Origin: Armatimonadota bacterium | GTDB taxonomy: Bacteria > Armatimonadota > HRBIN16 | DNA length: 64,000 nt | NCBI GenBank assembly: GCA_963677485.1 | Contig: OY781964.1 | Coordinates: forward strand, 4,544,001-4,608,000 | Direction: 5' to 3' | Shown here: in pieces, positions 8,153 to 19,300 of the stretch | How positions within the stretch are numbered: the stretch's first letter is position 1 | How the letters are laid out: each line of letters starts with the position of its first letter | The notes under the pieces: model-generated | Told to the model about the DNA's origin: nothing | Database searches by the model: none | The model's input: only the letters and a program-made list of their open reading frames with translations | Position numbers and translations under genes: made by a program

Positions 8153-10461
8153 CTATTTCCTAACAAACACGATCTTGTCGTAGTGAACTCTGTCCTCTGA
8201 TGCGTTTGTACCGAATGTGGGTCCTTCGAATTTTAGTGAGACATAGACGTCATAAAGTTGGTTTGGAGATGCCCTGTTGAAGGCTTCCACGCATTTTCTG
8301 TCGATCATGTCGCCCATATAAAGATAACAGTCTGAAGTCAACACGCTTGTGCCCAGGTAATACAGGTTATAGCCGTTGCGCTTAATGTCGGCTGAGGTTA
8401 GTCTCACCTCAAGCAGTCCTTTTTGAGTTGTGTTGTCGAAGAGACCAATGACATACGGAGGCGCAGACTTCCGTAATCCTGCCCAGCCAAGGGTAGCGTC
8501 CGGGTCCGGCACCGAAATGTCCTTGGAGGGGTATATCTGAACTGTTCCTGGCTTGACTGGAACCTGCGCAATCTTTCCTCGTTCCTCCAGAGTTAACAGG
8601 ATGCTTTTGCGCTGCCCTTTTCTGCACCCTTCGGAAAGCGTCGGAGAAGAGAGCTTTCAAGGATCGCCTGGGCACGTGTAGCAATGGTCTCCGCCGATGG
8701 GAAGCCTGCATGACTATCTGCAACTATTGCCTGATACTTGGTACCTAAACAGGCTAGATCGAGGCTGAAGCGCAGCATCTGAACATTCCCCAGAGTTCTC
8801 TGATTCCCAGCGCAGAGCGTCACCATCTTGTCGAACCGATGCTGCTGGGTCCTAAGCCACTCAGGGGTTAAATAGCTCAACATGCCTTCACCAGCGTCAA
8901 AGGGTATCCTGTCTTGCAGTCCTTTCCTGCCGCGTTCTAGTTCAGTCAGATAAGCTCTGGCTTCATGCGCTGCCGCACCATAGTAATAGTCGGTGAATTC
9001 CTTGATCAAAGCAGGCACATCAGCGTTGACATCGGAATAGATATTGTCGAGTACATAAGTGTACAAATCTGCGAAGTTGGCGTCGTAGAACACTCCCGGA
9101 GCGTCATGTTCATAAGTGGTCCCCATGACACCGGCTCCCTTCATCAAGCGGGTATCTGCGACCACTCTATCCAGCAATCCAGATGGGAGCGCAGTGTTAT
9201 ACAGCATCGGGTAATACCAGACGATGACCTTATCGGAGAGCCTGCACCAGTTCTTCAGGTTGTTGTAAGTCTCTGCGTTCTCAGGACTGTTGAAACACTT
9301 GCGGAAGTCGTCATCTATGGGAGCGAAGACAATCGCCAGATTATCTGGTAGTTTACCCGAGATAATGGGCGGCTTTTCCATCTGGACCTTACGGTAAGCC
9401 AGCGTTGAAAGGCCCGCCTTTGGGTATTTTTGCTTGATGGCCGCACAAACCTCAATGAGGTAATCGATGAGTGGTCCGCCGGGCGTTTGGTATTTCGCTT
9501 CGAGTGCTTTACAGCCTTGGCAATAACAGAAGCTGCCCCCACAGTCCATGGCTGACAGATTGTAAAAGCCTCGTCCGCCTTCCCTTCCGATATTTTCAAG
9601 TAACCGATCCGTCAACTGCTTTCGCAGCCCGGGGTTGCTGAAGCAGAGCTGCATCGACATGACGCGCTTGCCGGTGGCATCCAGGGAGAAATACTCCGGG
9701 TGTGCTTCGAAAAAGTAGCCGGGCTTATTCCATGGCCAACCCATGATGTCATAACCATACGCCGGCGGAATATAGTGGAAGAGGGTATGGCAGGCAGGGC
9801 CAGGCAACTCAAAATCCTTCAGATTGCCATTCTTCGCCAAATCTGGATAGATGGAACTCGTAAATCCTGGTGCAGAGCTGTTGAGCCCATTCCTAAAAAG
9901 GTACAACCCTTTAGCCGGATGCCCATAAGCATAATCGACCATATGGTTACGATAGGCAAATGACGGTATGAAGTGGTCGTTGAGCGCAGGAACCAGCAGC
10001 TTTCTGTGCTGGGGGACGAGTTCATCGCCATATGGTGTAAACCATCGGCAGCCAAGCTGACTTTTCAAAAATCGGTAGACTGCCTGACAGGTTCCGTGGG
10101 TGCCTTGCCCAGCCAGTAGCATGTCGTGACCCTGGGTGAGTTGCAAAGACTCTTGCTGCTTAAGATTACCTAGAATTTTTCTTCCAAATAGCTTCTTTGC
10201 GAAAGCGCCATCTCCGACCACGATCCGCTTCGGATACCTGCCGGCATCCGGTGCATTCACCAATGTAAACTTTATGCCTGTCGATTTACCAAGGTAGGTG
10301 CTCAGTTCCTGAACGGCGATGGCATCCAACGCGCCGCCTGTATCTGGTCTGACGATCACGTAGTCGCTTTTACCATTGTTGGCAATCACCAGTTTACCCG
10401 CCGAGACGGTGATGGGGGAGAGACCCGCCAGAAGACACATCATTATGCCTATTTTGTTCAT
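8153..10461 (-). pseudogene. Secreted DUF4838-domain protein, split by an apparent 1-nt frameshift near 8620
   Basis: ORF 8593-10461 has a signal peptide, AVQELSTYLGKSTG, HTLF, QLCFSNP and CYCQGC. The frame of ORF 8153-8512 stays open up to ~8656 and overlaps it. Adding one base to the T4 run at 8618-8621 joins them into ~769 aa. Confidence 0.65.
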
Positions 10462-10597
10462 GGGGCGCCAGCTTTCTGTATCGCACCCACTTGTATGGAT
10501 ACGGGATAGTATTTCTATGAATCACTTAGCATCGATTTATGGTAATTGACGAGTGTTAATACGCTTAACAAACACCAACGTTGAATACACTGGCCTC

Positions 10598-13474
10598 CTA
10601 TGTCGTGCCAAGCAGCACGGTGGCGATGCCGTGAGCAGGCAGATCGACCATGAGCACGTCACCATCGATCCTTGCGGACGAGTTCGCCAGCGGTTGTTCG
10701 AGCAGATCGACTTCCGTGCAGGAAGAGCCAGAGGTCGCTATACAATTGAGGCGGACTTGAGCGGTTGTTTCCTTACCAGCCGTCTCGTACAGCCTTAGGA
10801 TGATACCATGATGCTCTTCAGACCGCTTCAGAGCGGAGATTGAGATATTGTGCGACAACACCTCAATAGCGCTGAAGCTAGACGGCAGATCACCCTCGTG
10901 GATATCGGTGCCCACAACGCACAGGGGTTGGTTCCATGCTTCCGCTAAGCGTGTCGCTTTTGCGGTTTCACATGGACCTGCATGAGGGATCAGGCCAAAG
11001 CGCATCTCGTGCCGTCCCAATTCGGGAAAAGCATCCGGGTCGTATGTGGATCGCAACAGCGTGGCTCGGATCGTGTTACGGTCTGCGCTGAATCCGTATT
11101 TGCAGTCGTTGATGAGAGTGGCTCCGCATTCTGAACTCGAGAGATCCACCCAGCGCTGAGCAGGCACTTCCTTGCCGTCCGTCGGCCGATTTTGGCTGCC
11201 GAAGGGTATCTCCGTTGTAAACTTGGGCTCAGATACATTTAAAGGCAACGCGAGCTTGAGCATGGGCACTCCGACATCCGCACTTCCTATTTCGCGCCAA
11301 TCGGCCGTGACAGATATCTGAACCGTTGGGCTTCCTGCGCTCAATGAAACCTCAGTGATCACACGAGAGTTGTTTATCTTGTGTAGTGTCCGGTAATCCA
11401 CCCTCTGCGGGCCAAGTTCTCGCTGGCGGACGGAATAGACCATACCAAGCGAATCGCCTACCCGAGAGTCCCGAAGGTCGGTTTCGTCGACCGCGATGCC
11501 TTCGTTGAGCACACGCTTCTCTGCAATGGTGCCGATATCCCAGGCTGTCATGATATGAGGTTCTTCCCGATATAGCTCCAAAACACCCAGCAGTCCATTC
11601 ACTGGCACCAAGTCACAGCCTGTGGATTTGTCGATCAGATGTTTGATTCCGCCGGTCGAAGGGTCAATATCTAGCCGGTAGAACTCATTCTCCATCTGGT
11701 TTGGTGCGGGAATGGCCACACCCTCGCCACTCACAGCCTTTTCTCCCACTCGCAGGTTATATGTTCTATAGCCCATCGCGGGTATATCGCTGGCGGGAAA
11801 TAACACGTTGATGGCCTGGTGACCGACATCGAAACTGGTTCCGACCACCTGACCTGGCGTCTCGTAGCCTTGATCGTCCACCACCACAAGCCGGTCTTGT
11901 GGCCAGTCGCGGCCCCAAACCTTCATCATGACCATCTCAGACCGAGCATACGGCAGGGTGTTGAACACCACCAACGGCTCAACATCAAGCATTCCAGGAC
12001 AGCATGTTGAGACCTTTCCCGGGAGCCGCACATCGCCCGCTCCACGCCCGAAGTTGGATGCATAGGCTTCTGGTGTGTTCGCTGGTGCCGAATATCCAGT
12101 AGCCCGTGCGGTGTTGATCCGCGATGCAATTTTCCGTAGTGCCCTCGTCTTGATGGAGCCGGTGATCGCCTCTATCTGCTGGAACCGGACGCAAGCCTCT
12201 TCCATGGCGTCATGACCGCTGGAACCGGCTAGGATGTCGTGGAATTGGTTGAACAGAGCGTGCTCCCATGCGGTATGAAGTTGCTCAGTGGGGTAGTCGA
12301 AACCGACAAGTGCATTGGCTTGCACAGAGATTGTCTCGGCTTCCGGGATGATCGCTTCTGCAAGCCTGTTGACGCGCTTGATGCGGCTTTGGGATGTATA
12401 GCATCCTTCGAATACCGAATTAGTGTCGGCATCCTGAACCGGCAGCTCTGACGCGAACGGCTCGATGGCTTTGAAATAGGTTTCGATGCTGGAGAGCTTG
12501 ACTTTGGGGAACACCGGCCACGAATCCAGCTCTCTGGCGGCTACTAGATGCCCCTTAGTGACCCCGCCGCCATGGTCTCCAACTCCATAGACCCACAAAA
12601 AGTCTTTAAGCCCATTCTCGTGCTCATAATCAATGAAGTGTTTCGTTAAGAGTTCGGCAGTGATCTCCGCGTTATACCAGCCCTTGTCCCTGAACGAAAG
12701 CACCCGGCTGCCATCAGGCCCCTGCCATTGGTTGAGCCACGGACCGCTTTCGGGCCTGCAGCGATAATAGTATTTGATCCCACCGCGGGACAATATGGAG
12801 GGTAGTGACCATGGGTGACCGAATGTGTCTGGCAGCCAGTCGATTTGAACTTTGTCAAAAGGGAGGCCAAGATTCTCATGCAGCCAGCGCTTGGAATACA
12901 GAATGTGCCTGCACAGGCTTTCACCTGAGGCCATGTTCTTATCACCCTCGACCCATGATCCTGCGGTCACCTGCCACAGTCCTTCGTCGATCCGCCTGCG
13001 GATTATGTCCCAGACCTCTGGGCAGTATTCCTTCATCATTTGGTGGATGGATATCTGGCTCTGTCCGAATTTGAGGTCGGGGTAGAACCCCATCAGTCGG
13101 TCCAGCGTCGTGAATGTGTCGTGAGCCGTGGCGACCGTCTCGACAAGCGGCCAGGTCCAGTTCATATCTATATGTGCATGACCGCAGCAGTGGATGGTGT
13201 ATTGCTTTGCCGCCTGGCCTATTGGTGCAAGCATAGCCTCTATCTTGGTCACCAGACTTCCAAGCTCACCGGACGAGGCTTGCAGTGTTTCCCTTACATA
13301 CTCAGCAGCGCGAACGATCAGTTGGTGCCACTCATCCTTGTGCTCAGGATGCAGCTCCGCGAATGAAGTGGCGAACTCCAGCTCAGCCAGTAAACGCACC
13401 ATATGGTGGGATGTATGGTATTGAGAAGCCTTGATCTGCTGCAATATCGTGTCAACTATGCGGCGATGATCCAT
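10598..13474 (-). CDS. Alpha-mannosidase, GH38
   Basis: GHAHIDMNWTWP, WLPDTFGH, YGVGDHGGG, QFHDILAGSS, EIPFG and LLRS motifs. ATG 13474 follows GAGGA. No signal peptide. Confidence 0.9.
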   Translation of the reverse strand: MDHRRIVDTILQQIKASQYHTSHHMVRLLAELEFATSFAELHPEHKDEWHQLIVRAAEYVRETLQASSGELGSLVTKIEAMLAPIGQAAKQYTIHCCGHAHIDMNWTWPLVETVATAHDTFTTLDRLMGFYPDLKFGQSQISIHQMMKEYCPEVWDIIRRRIDEGLWQVTAGSWVEGDKNMASGESLCRHILYSKRWLHENLGLPFDKVQIDWLPDTFGHPWSLPSILSRGGIKYYYRCRPESGPWLNQWQGPDGSRVLSFRDKGWYNAEITAELLTKHFIDYEHENGLKDFLWVYGVGDHGGGVTKGHLVAARELDSWPVFPKVKLSSIETYFKAIEPFASELPVQDADTNSVFEGCYTSQSRIKRVNRLAEAIIPEAETISVQANALVGFDYPTEQLHTAWEHALFNQFHDILAGSSGHDAMEEACVRFQQIEAITGSIKTRALRKIASRINTARATGYSAPANTPEAYASNFGRGAGDVRLPGKVSTCCPGMLDVEPLVVFNTLPYARSEMVMMKVWGRDWPQDRLVVVDDQGYETPGQVVGTSFDVGHQAINVLFPASDIPAMGYRTYNLRVGEKAVSGEGVAIPAPNQMENEFYRLDIDPSTGGIKHLIDKSTGCDLVPVNGLLGVLELYREEPHIMTAWDIGTIAEKRVLNEGIAVDETDLRDSRVGDSLGMVYSVRQRELGPQRVDYRTLHKINNSRVITEVSLSAGSPTVQISVTADWREIGSADVGVPMLKLALPLNVSEPKFTTEIPFGSQNRPTDGKEVPAQRWVDLSSSECGATLINDCKYGFSADRNTIRATLLRSTYDPDAFPELGRHEMRFGLIPHAGPCETAKATRLAEAWNQPLCVVGTDIHEGDLPSSFSAIEVLSHNISISALKRSEEHHGIILRLYETAGKETTAQVRLNCIATSGSSCTEVDLLEQPLANSSARIDGDVLMVDLPAHGIATVLLGTT

Positions 13475-13594
13475 GAATTTCCTCTTCACTATGAGTTTAG
13501 ATATTGATAGCCTGAAAGCTACCTAATGGCCTTCTGCGGGCCATGATCTTCGGACGCTATTTGAAGCCTGGTATTTCTGTGTGTGTTGACGGTA

Positions 13595-15010
13595 TCATTC
13601 CGGGAAGGAATCATCGCTTTGGTTGGTACTGAGATTCGGGTTGTTCCATGTTCCATGCTCAGAGATAAGTTCATCGGCTTCCTTAGGGCCCCAACTGTCA
13701 GGCTCATATGGATGACACTGGTTGTGGTTATTGAGAACAGGTTCGACCGCCTCCCAGGCAGCTTCAACGGCATCTTCTCGTGTGAAAAGCGCTCCCTCAC
13801 CAGCCATGGCGTCACTTAACAACCGCTTATAAGGCAGCTCTTCTGTGTGGTATTCCTCCAGAAGGTAAAGCTCCCGCTGATTGCCTACAAACTCTTTCCC
13901 CGCACGCTTGACGCGTGCCGCAAGAGCTACGGCGGAACAAGGAGAAATCCGAAATCGCAGATAGTTGGATCGGCTGTTTGTTTGCACTGAGTCGGCAAAC
14001 AACTCCTGTGGTGGCGGCTTCAACTCTACCAGAACCTCATGGACCGTTTCGGCCATGCATTTGCCGGATCGTAAGTACCAGGGCACACCCTTCCAACGCC
14101 AAGAGTCGATGAAAAGTCGTATAGCACAGAAGGTTTCGACGTCAGAGTCAGGCGCCACATTCGCTTCATTACGATATCCATCATATTGCCCACGCACCAC
14201 ATCCTCCGGCCTGAGAGGACGCATGGCTTGAAACACCTTAGTCTTCTCAGTATGCACGGCTCCAAAGCCCCTCATGGCTGGTGCCTCCATGGCCAACAGC
14301 GCGACAACCTGGAATAGGTGGTTTTGGATCACATCGCGTAAGCAACCGGCGGATTCATAGAAAGCGCCGCGGTTCCCAACGCCGATGTTTTCGGCCAGGG
14401 TAATCTGCACACTTGCCACGTAGTTGCGGTTCCAGATAGGCTCCAGGAATGAGTTGGCGAAGCGAAAATACAGGATATTCATGATCGCTTCTTTGCCGAG
14501 GAAGTGATCGATGCGGAAAATTGAGTCCTCCGGAAACACCGATCGCGCGATGCTGTTGAGCTCTCGGGCAGAATCCAAGTCGCGGCCAAAGGGCTTTTCA
14601 ACGATAACACGAGCATTGTTCGCCAAGCCGGCTAGGCCAAGCCCAGTGATCACGGTGGGGAAGAGCGCGGGTGGAATCGCGAGATAGTGCGCAGGGCGTT
14701 GTGCACCGTGTAGTGCTTTTTTGATCTTCCTAAAAGTAGCCCGGTCGTTATAATCCCCACCCACATAACTCATGAGTGACAGCATATGATCAAGGGCAGC
14801 TTGGTCGTCGACTCCTCCGGTTGATTGAATGCTGTCGATCACGCGTTTCCGTAATTCGGTGGCGTGCCAGTCAGGAAACGCGACACCTATGATAGGGACC
14901 TTCAGATCACCACGTTTGGCCATCGAATAAAGAGCAGGAAATATCTTCTTGTGGGCCAGGTCACCTGTTACTCCAAACAAAACCAGCGCGTCTGAGTGTG
15001 GATCACTCAT
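13595..15010 (-). CDS. zwf: Glucose-6-phosphate 1-dehydrogenase
   Basis: FGVTGDLA, EKPFG, RIDHFLGKE and RDVIQNHL motifs. 4-nt overlap with gnd. Confidence 0.95.
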   Translation of the reverse strand: MSDPHSDALVLFGVTGDLAHKKIFPALYSMAKRGDLKVPIIGVAFPDWHATELRKRVIDSIQSTGGVDDQAALDHMLSLMSYVGGDYNDRATFRKIKKALHGAQRPAHYLAIPPALFPTVITGLGLAGLANNARVIVEKPFGRDLDSARELNSIARSVFPEDSIFRIDHFLGKEAIMNILYFRFANSFLEPIWNRNYVASVQITLAENIGVGNRGAFYESAGCLRDVIQNHLFQVVALLAMEAPAMRGFGAVHTEKTKVFQAMRPLRPEDVVRGQYDGYRNEANVAPDSDVETFCAIRLFIDSWRWKGVPWYLRSGKCMAETVHEVLVELKPPPQELFADSVQTNSRSNYLRFRISPCSAVALAARVKRAGKEFVGNQRELYLLEEYHTEELPYKRLLSDAMAGEGALFTREDAVEAAWEAVEPVLNNHNQCHPYEPDSWGPKEADELISEHGTWNNPNLSTNQSDDSFPE

Positions 15011-16041
15011 TGGATGTCACCACCAGATTTTTGAGACTTCTCTACATGACCACCGAAGGCGTAACGCATGGCAGACAGAACCTTATCAGCAAAGTCAGAC
15101 TCTCCACGCGAGCTGAAACGATCGTATAGTGCGGCACTGATCACCGGGATAGGTACGGATTCATCAATCGCCGTTAAGACTGTCCAACGGCCTTCTCCTG
15201 AATCCGATACATGGCCTGAGTAGTTCACGAGGTTTTGGTCATCTTGGAGTGCCAGAGCTGTCAAGTCCAATAACCATGACGAGATCACACTGCCACGACG
15301 CCATACCTCGGTGATATCGGCAAGGTTCAGGTCATATTGATAATGCTCAGGATGCCGCATGGGGGAAGTTTCAGCGTCAGAAGACTGCTGGTTCTTGCCG
15401 GCGTTCGCATGGTGTAGAATGTTCAGCCCTTCAGAATAGGCGGCCATGATGCCATATTCGATGCCGTTATGCACCATCTTCACAAAGTGACCAGCACCGG
15501 CTGGTCCACAATGCAGGAAGCCGTGATCTGCCGTACTGCGTGCGGCATCCCGCCCCTGCGTACACAAGGCCGAATCGACACCAGGTGCCAGCGATTCAAA
15601 GATCGGGTTGAGGCGTCGGACAGCGGTCATATCACCGCCGATCATCAGGCAGTATCCTCGTTCCATTCCCCATACACCACCACTGGTTCCTACATCCACG
15701 TAGTGAATGCCTTTTGGTTTCAGCTCTTCGCTGCGGCGTATGTCGTCATGGTAAAAGGAGTTACCACCGTCGATGATCACATCATCTTCATCAAGATAGG
15801 GCATGAGCTCATTGATCGTGTGGTCTACCACCGCTGCCGGAACCATGACCCACACGGCTCGTGGCTGCGTCATTTTCTGTGATAAATCTTCAAGCGAAGT
15901 CGCTCCAGTGGCTCCCTCATCCACCAGTGCCTTGACCGCCTCTGGTTGGACATCATATACGATACAGTGGTGTCCAGCGCGCAGAAGGCGTCGTACCATA
16001 CTCGATCCCATCCGGCCCAGTCCGATCATGCCGATTTCCAT
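15007..16041 (-). CDS. gnd: 6-phosphogluconate dehydrogenase (decarboxylating, short-chain type)
   Basis: GLGRMG, IDGGNS, DVGTSGG, GHFVKMVHNGIEYG, SGEGRWT and FGGH motifs. Confidence 0.93.
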   Translation of the reverse strand: MEIGMIGLGRMGSSMVRRLLRAGHHCIVYDVQPEAVKALVDEGATGATSLEDLSQKMTQPRAVWVMVPAAVVDHTINELMPYLDEDDVIIDGGNSFYHDDIRRSEELKPKGIHYVDVGTSGGVWGMERGYCLMIGGDMTAVRRLNPIFESLAPGVDSALCTQGRDAARSTADHGFLHCGPAGAGHFVKMVHNGIEYGIMAAYSEGLNILHHANAGKNQQSSDAETSPMRHPEHYQYDLNLADITEVWRRGSVISSWLLDLTALALQDDQNLVNYSGHVSDSGEGRWTVLTAIDESVPIPVISAALYDRFSSRGESDFADKVLSAMRYAFGGHVEKSQKSGGDIQ

Positions 16042-16305
16042 GTATAGCTCCTTCGTCCCTATGTCACACCGAATTGTTTGTGCGAAAGCCTAGGCGATAT
16101 AACCAGCGATGCCGATTGCTGCACCGCATATTTGCTGTCATTCACACTGAGTATGACACACTTACTCGGAAACATTGCATGATATATGATGGATATGCCT
16201 TTCACCATATAACGTTACCTACTAATTGTAGATGCCATTTAGTTGACTGGTATTTGCAGCACCATCTCCTGATCAACTTTTGCATGTAGATATGAGGTTT
16301 TGCCC

Positions 16306-19300
16306 TTACTCAGGTATCACCTCAATCGCATTGAACAGCCGCGCACTGGGGTCTATGCCGTCTTTTTGCGTGCAACCGATCTCCAGCACGTTCCCTTTGA
16401 CTAGGATGCCCTTGAATGTTTTGATGGCCACATTCTGCACATTCTCACCGCAGAGGGCATACATATCGACGTTCTCCAGCACTTTCTGGCCGGCGATCGT
16501 GAAGGACAGAATATTCGCACCGGTTTTCTGTGCAGGGGGATAACCTATACGCAGATAAAGCACCACCGTATATCGGCCTGGCTTCACTGTGAATTTGTAA
16601 CCTGAGAGATCGTATGCCTCGGTCTCAAACAGTTTCGGATCGTCTACACCGCGCAGTGCGGAAACATCTCTCGTGACCCCGCTGCGCTTTTCGATGTAGC
16701 CGTATCCGCCGGGTGCGAACGGACGGTCATCGGGGAAAAACAACGTGCCATTTTTCGCCGTGTAATATTGGTCAGAACCGCAGTTGATGGCGTATCGGCT
16801 TGCTCTGACCATCGCTGCCTGCTTTGAAAGGTAGCCGGTTTCCGCGGCGGCAGCTAGTTTTGGTATCTCTCCATCGATCATCTTCGAAAACAGCAGACGG
16901 TGTGCTTCCGCGAGCCGTCCCGACGCCACAGCGTTGGTGATGGAATTAAGCCGATTGGTGAGAGCTGGGATGGCTATTCCTTTGTCCGTGAGCCTTTGAA
17001 CATCCGTAGCCACCGCTTTGACTTTCGCACGATACCAGTTCGTTGTCGCGGCTTCCACATGACAGCTTATCGAAACGGGCAGCGTGCCCCGATTGATTCG
17101 GTATGATTTGAGTTCATACGGCTTCAACTCTATCGTGAGCGTCGTCGAATTGACGTTGGTCTTTGTATTGCTTGACAGCTCGATTACACCGTCCAGCTTG
17201 CGGTTGAATGTGATGGTGGCCGTAGCGTTGGTCCATAGCCTGTTCACGGCGTAGACATAAACACCTTCCGGTGTGGTGAGATAACGAGCACAGACCGGAT
17301 CCTGCGCGCCGTGGATGTCCTTAAAGGGTTTGGCGGGCAAAGCACGAAAGGCTGCGGCAAACTCGCGTGTTTCCTCGTCGCGGCCAGCGCTGCCGAGTGG
17401 TTGTCCGCCGACCAGCATAATCGACGGGTCGGCAGTCGCAAGGTTGAACGCGAATTCCCGCAGGAAATGCCGGCCGTTCGGCTTAACGTCAGCGTTCTGA
17501 AACATCGATTTATACACATCATTGGACAGCGAGCCATTAAATGATTCGAAGTAGATGTTGTAACTAGAGGTCAGCCCAGGTTTCGATGGATGATGGAACA
17601 GCAAACCAAACGCATCACTGAACAGGAACTCGTCATCAAAGGAGTCACTGTTGTCCCAATGCTTCTTCCAGGCACCAGTATTGGTTCGCCTTAGTGGCGT
17701 CGTGACGATGTCATTTCGTTTCTCCAGCGCAGACATATCTAGACCGAATTGCTCGTAGTAGAATTTCGAAGCGTCAAGAGTTTCACTCTCAGAAGGCGTC
17801 GTCATCTTGTCTTCTGGTTGGACGATGGACACATAGGTGAGACAGCCTTTTTTCGCAGAGCTCACCACCGCAGCCACTTGATACAGGAACGAGCTGACTT
17901 TTGAAGCGCGCCAGGCAAGCCACTCTTTGCGCTTTTTGCCGGTCAGGAACGCATATCGCTCGGTGAACCGGTCCTTGCCGGTGGATGTGGCTACGTGAAT
18001 GCCAGTCTCCTTTTCGAAAAGAGAGACGCTGTAGTCATCGTATCCTTGCTCAAGCGAACTGAATTGAATCGGCAGGTGCCAGATATTGAGCCCTGCGAAC
18101 GCCGGACTTTTGGAGAACCGGCGCACGACCTCTTGAACGTGTTTCAAAACCATGGCTCGGACGACAGGATGAACAGGATTTGGCTGATTGACCGTCTTGC
18201 CATTACGATCCGCTATGAAATAGCCCTTCTTCTCATACTCCCTGAAGCGGTCTGAGGGGCCATTGAGCTCAGGCAGGTGGTAGAAATTCGCGATCGCGAT
18301 GTACTTTTTTCCGCGGGCGGCCAGCATGTCCATCATGAGCGATGGCACACCGTATCCACCTAACAGGCTGTATCGGCTAAACGCCGAACCCGGAAGTGCA
18401 TACTGCACTCCGCTGTAGCGAAGAATGGGATACGAAATTACATCCTGACCGGTGGTGTCCAGGTAGTCCACAAGCTTCTGTGTGGCGTCCACCAGATCGG
18501 TCAGGCCTGCACCCAAAGGCAGGTCGCGGAAGGAACCGGTGAGGTAGTCGAACGACTGATCTTCATCGACATGACCGAACATACGGTGCTCTGCCGGTAT
18601 ATTGGTCGGTAGGCTGAGCTTCGGAAGATGATCTGGTGCCGTGAGTAACCGAACTGAGGCGACGGCTGCGTTTCGGCCCGGAGCCATCGTCCTGGCCTCA
18701 AAAAGGTAGCTGGACACCCACGGGTAGATGATATAACGGACGGTTTTCATCTCCCCACTATTTGGGTTGACGCCGCCAGCCAGAATACCGCCTTCCAACC
18801 TGTCACGGTCGTTCGCCCAGTCGCTTTTGGGATACAGGTAGAGCCCCATGTTGCGAATCTTGTCGTCCGGCCATGTGATTTCCAATACCATTGGACGTCC
18901 GTTCCTGTATTGCTGTGGGATATCAATGGGGAACGAGAGGCGGTCCATCTTGTGTTCACCGACCTCCAGGTACGGTTCACCGCTCTTGAGTTGGCAGGCG
19001 ATGACCCCACCCGAATTGAGCAGGCCGGTCGTATTCAGGTTGACGGGGATGGCAGCAACCAGCGACTCCTTCACGGCTTTTGTGGACACACCAGGGGATA
19101 TCTGGGAGTAAGCCATGATAGGGAATGACCTCACGTTGACAATGCCGCCAATGGAAGTGGTGCATGTGAGCCGGTAGTTACCCGCAGGCAGTGAGCTGAT
19201 CGGCAGATCCATGGCTTCGAATTTCTTCTGTATGGCAATGGGCTTGGTCAGGGATATGAGTGGTTTCGAAGCATTGTCAGCCTGGAGGGTCATCTTGACA

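Noticed and set aside
16306-16335. C-terminal ...EVIPE as a PEP-CTERM exosortase signal
   Set aside because: The stop follows immediately, with no TM helix or basic tail. NAIEV is the normal last strand of a malectin domain.
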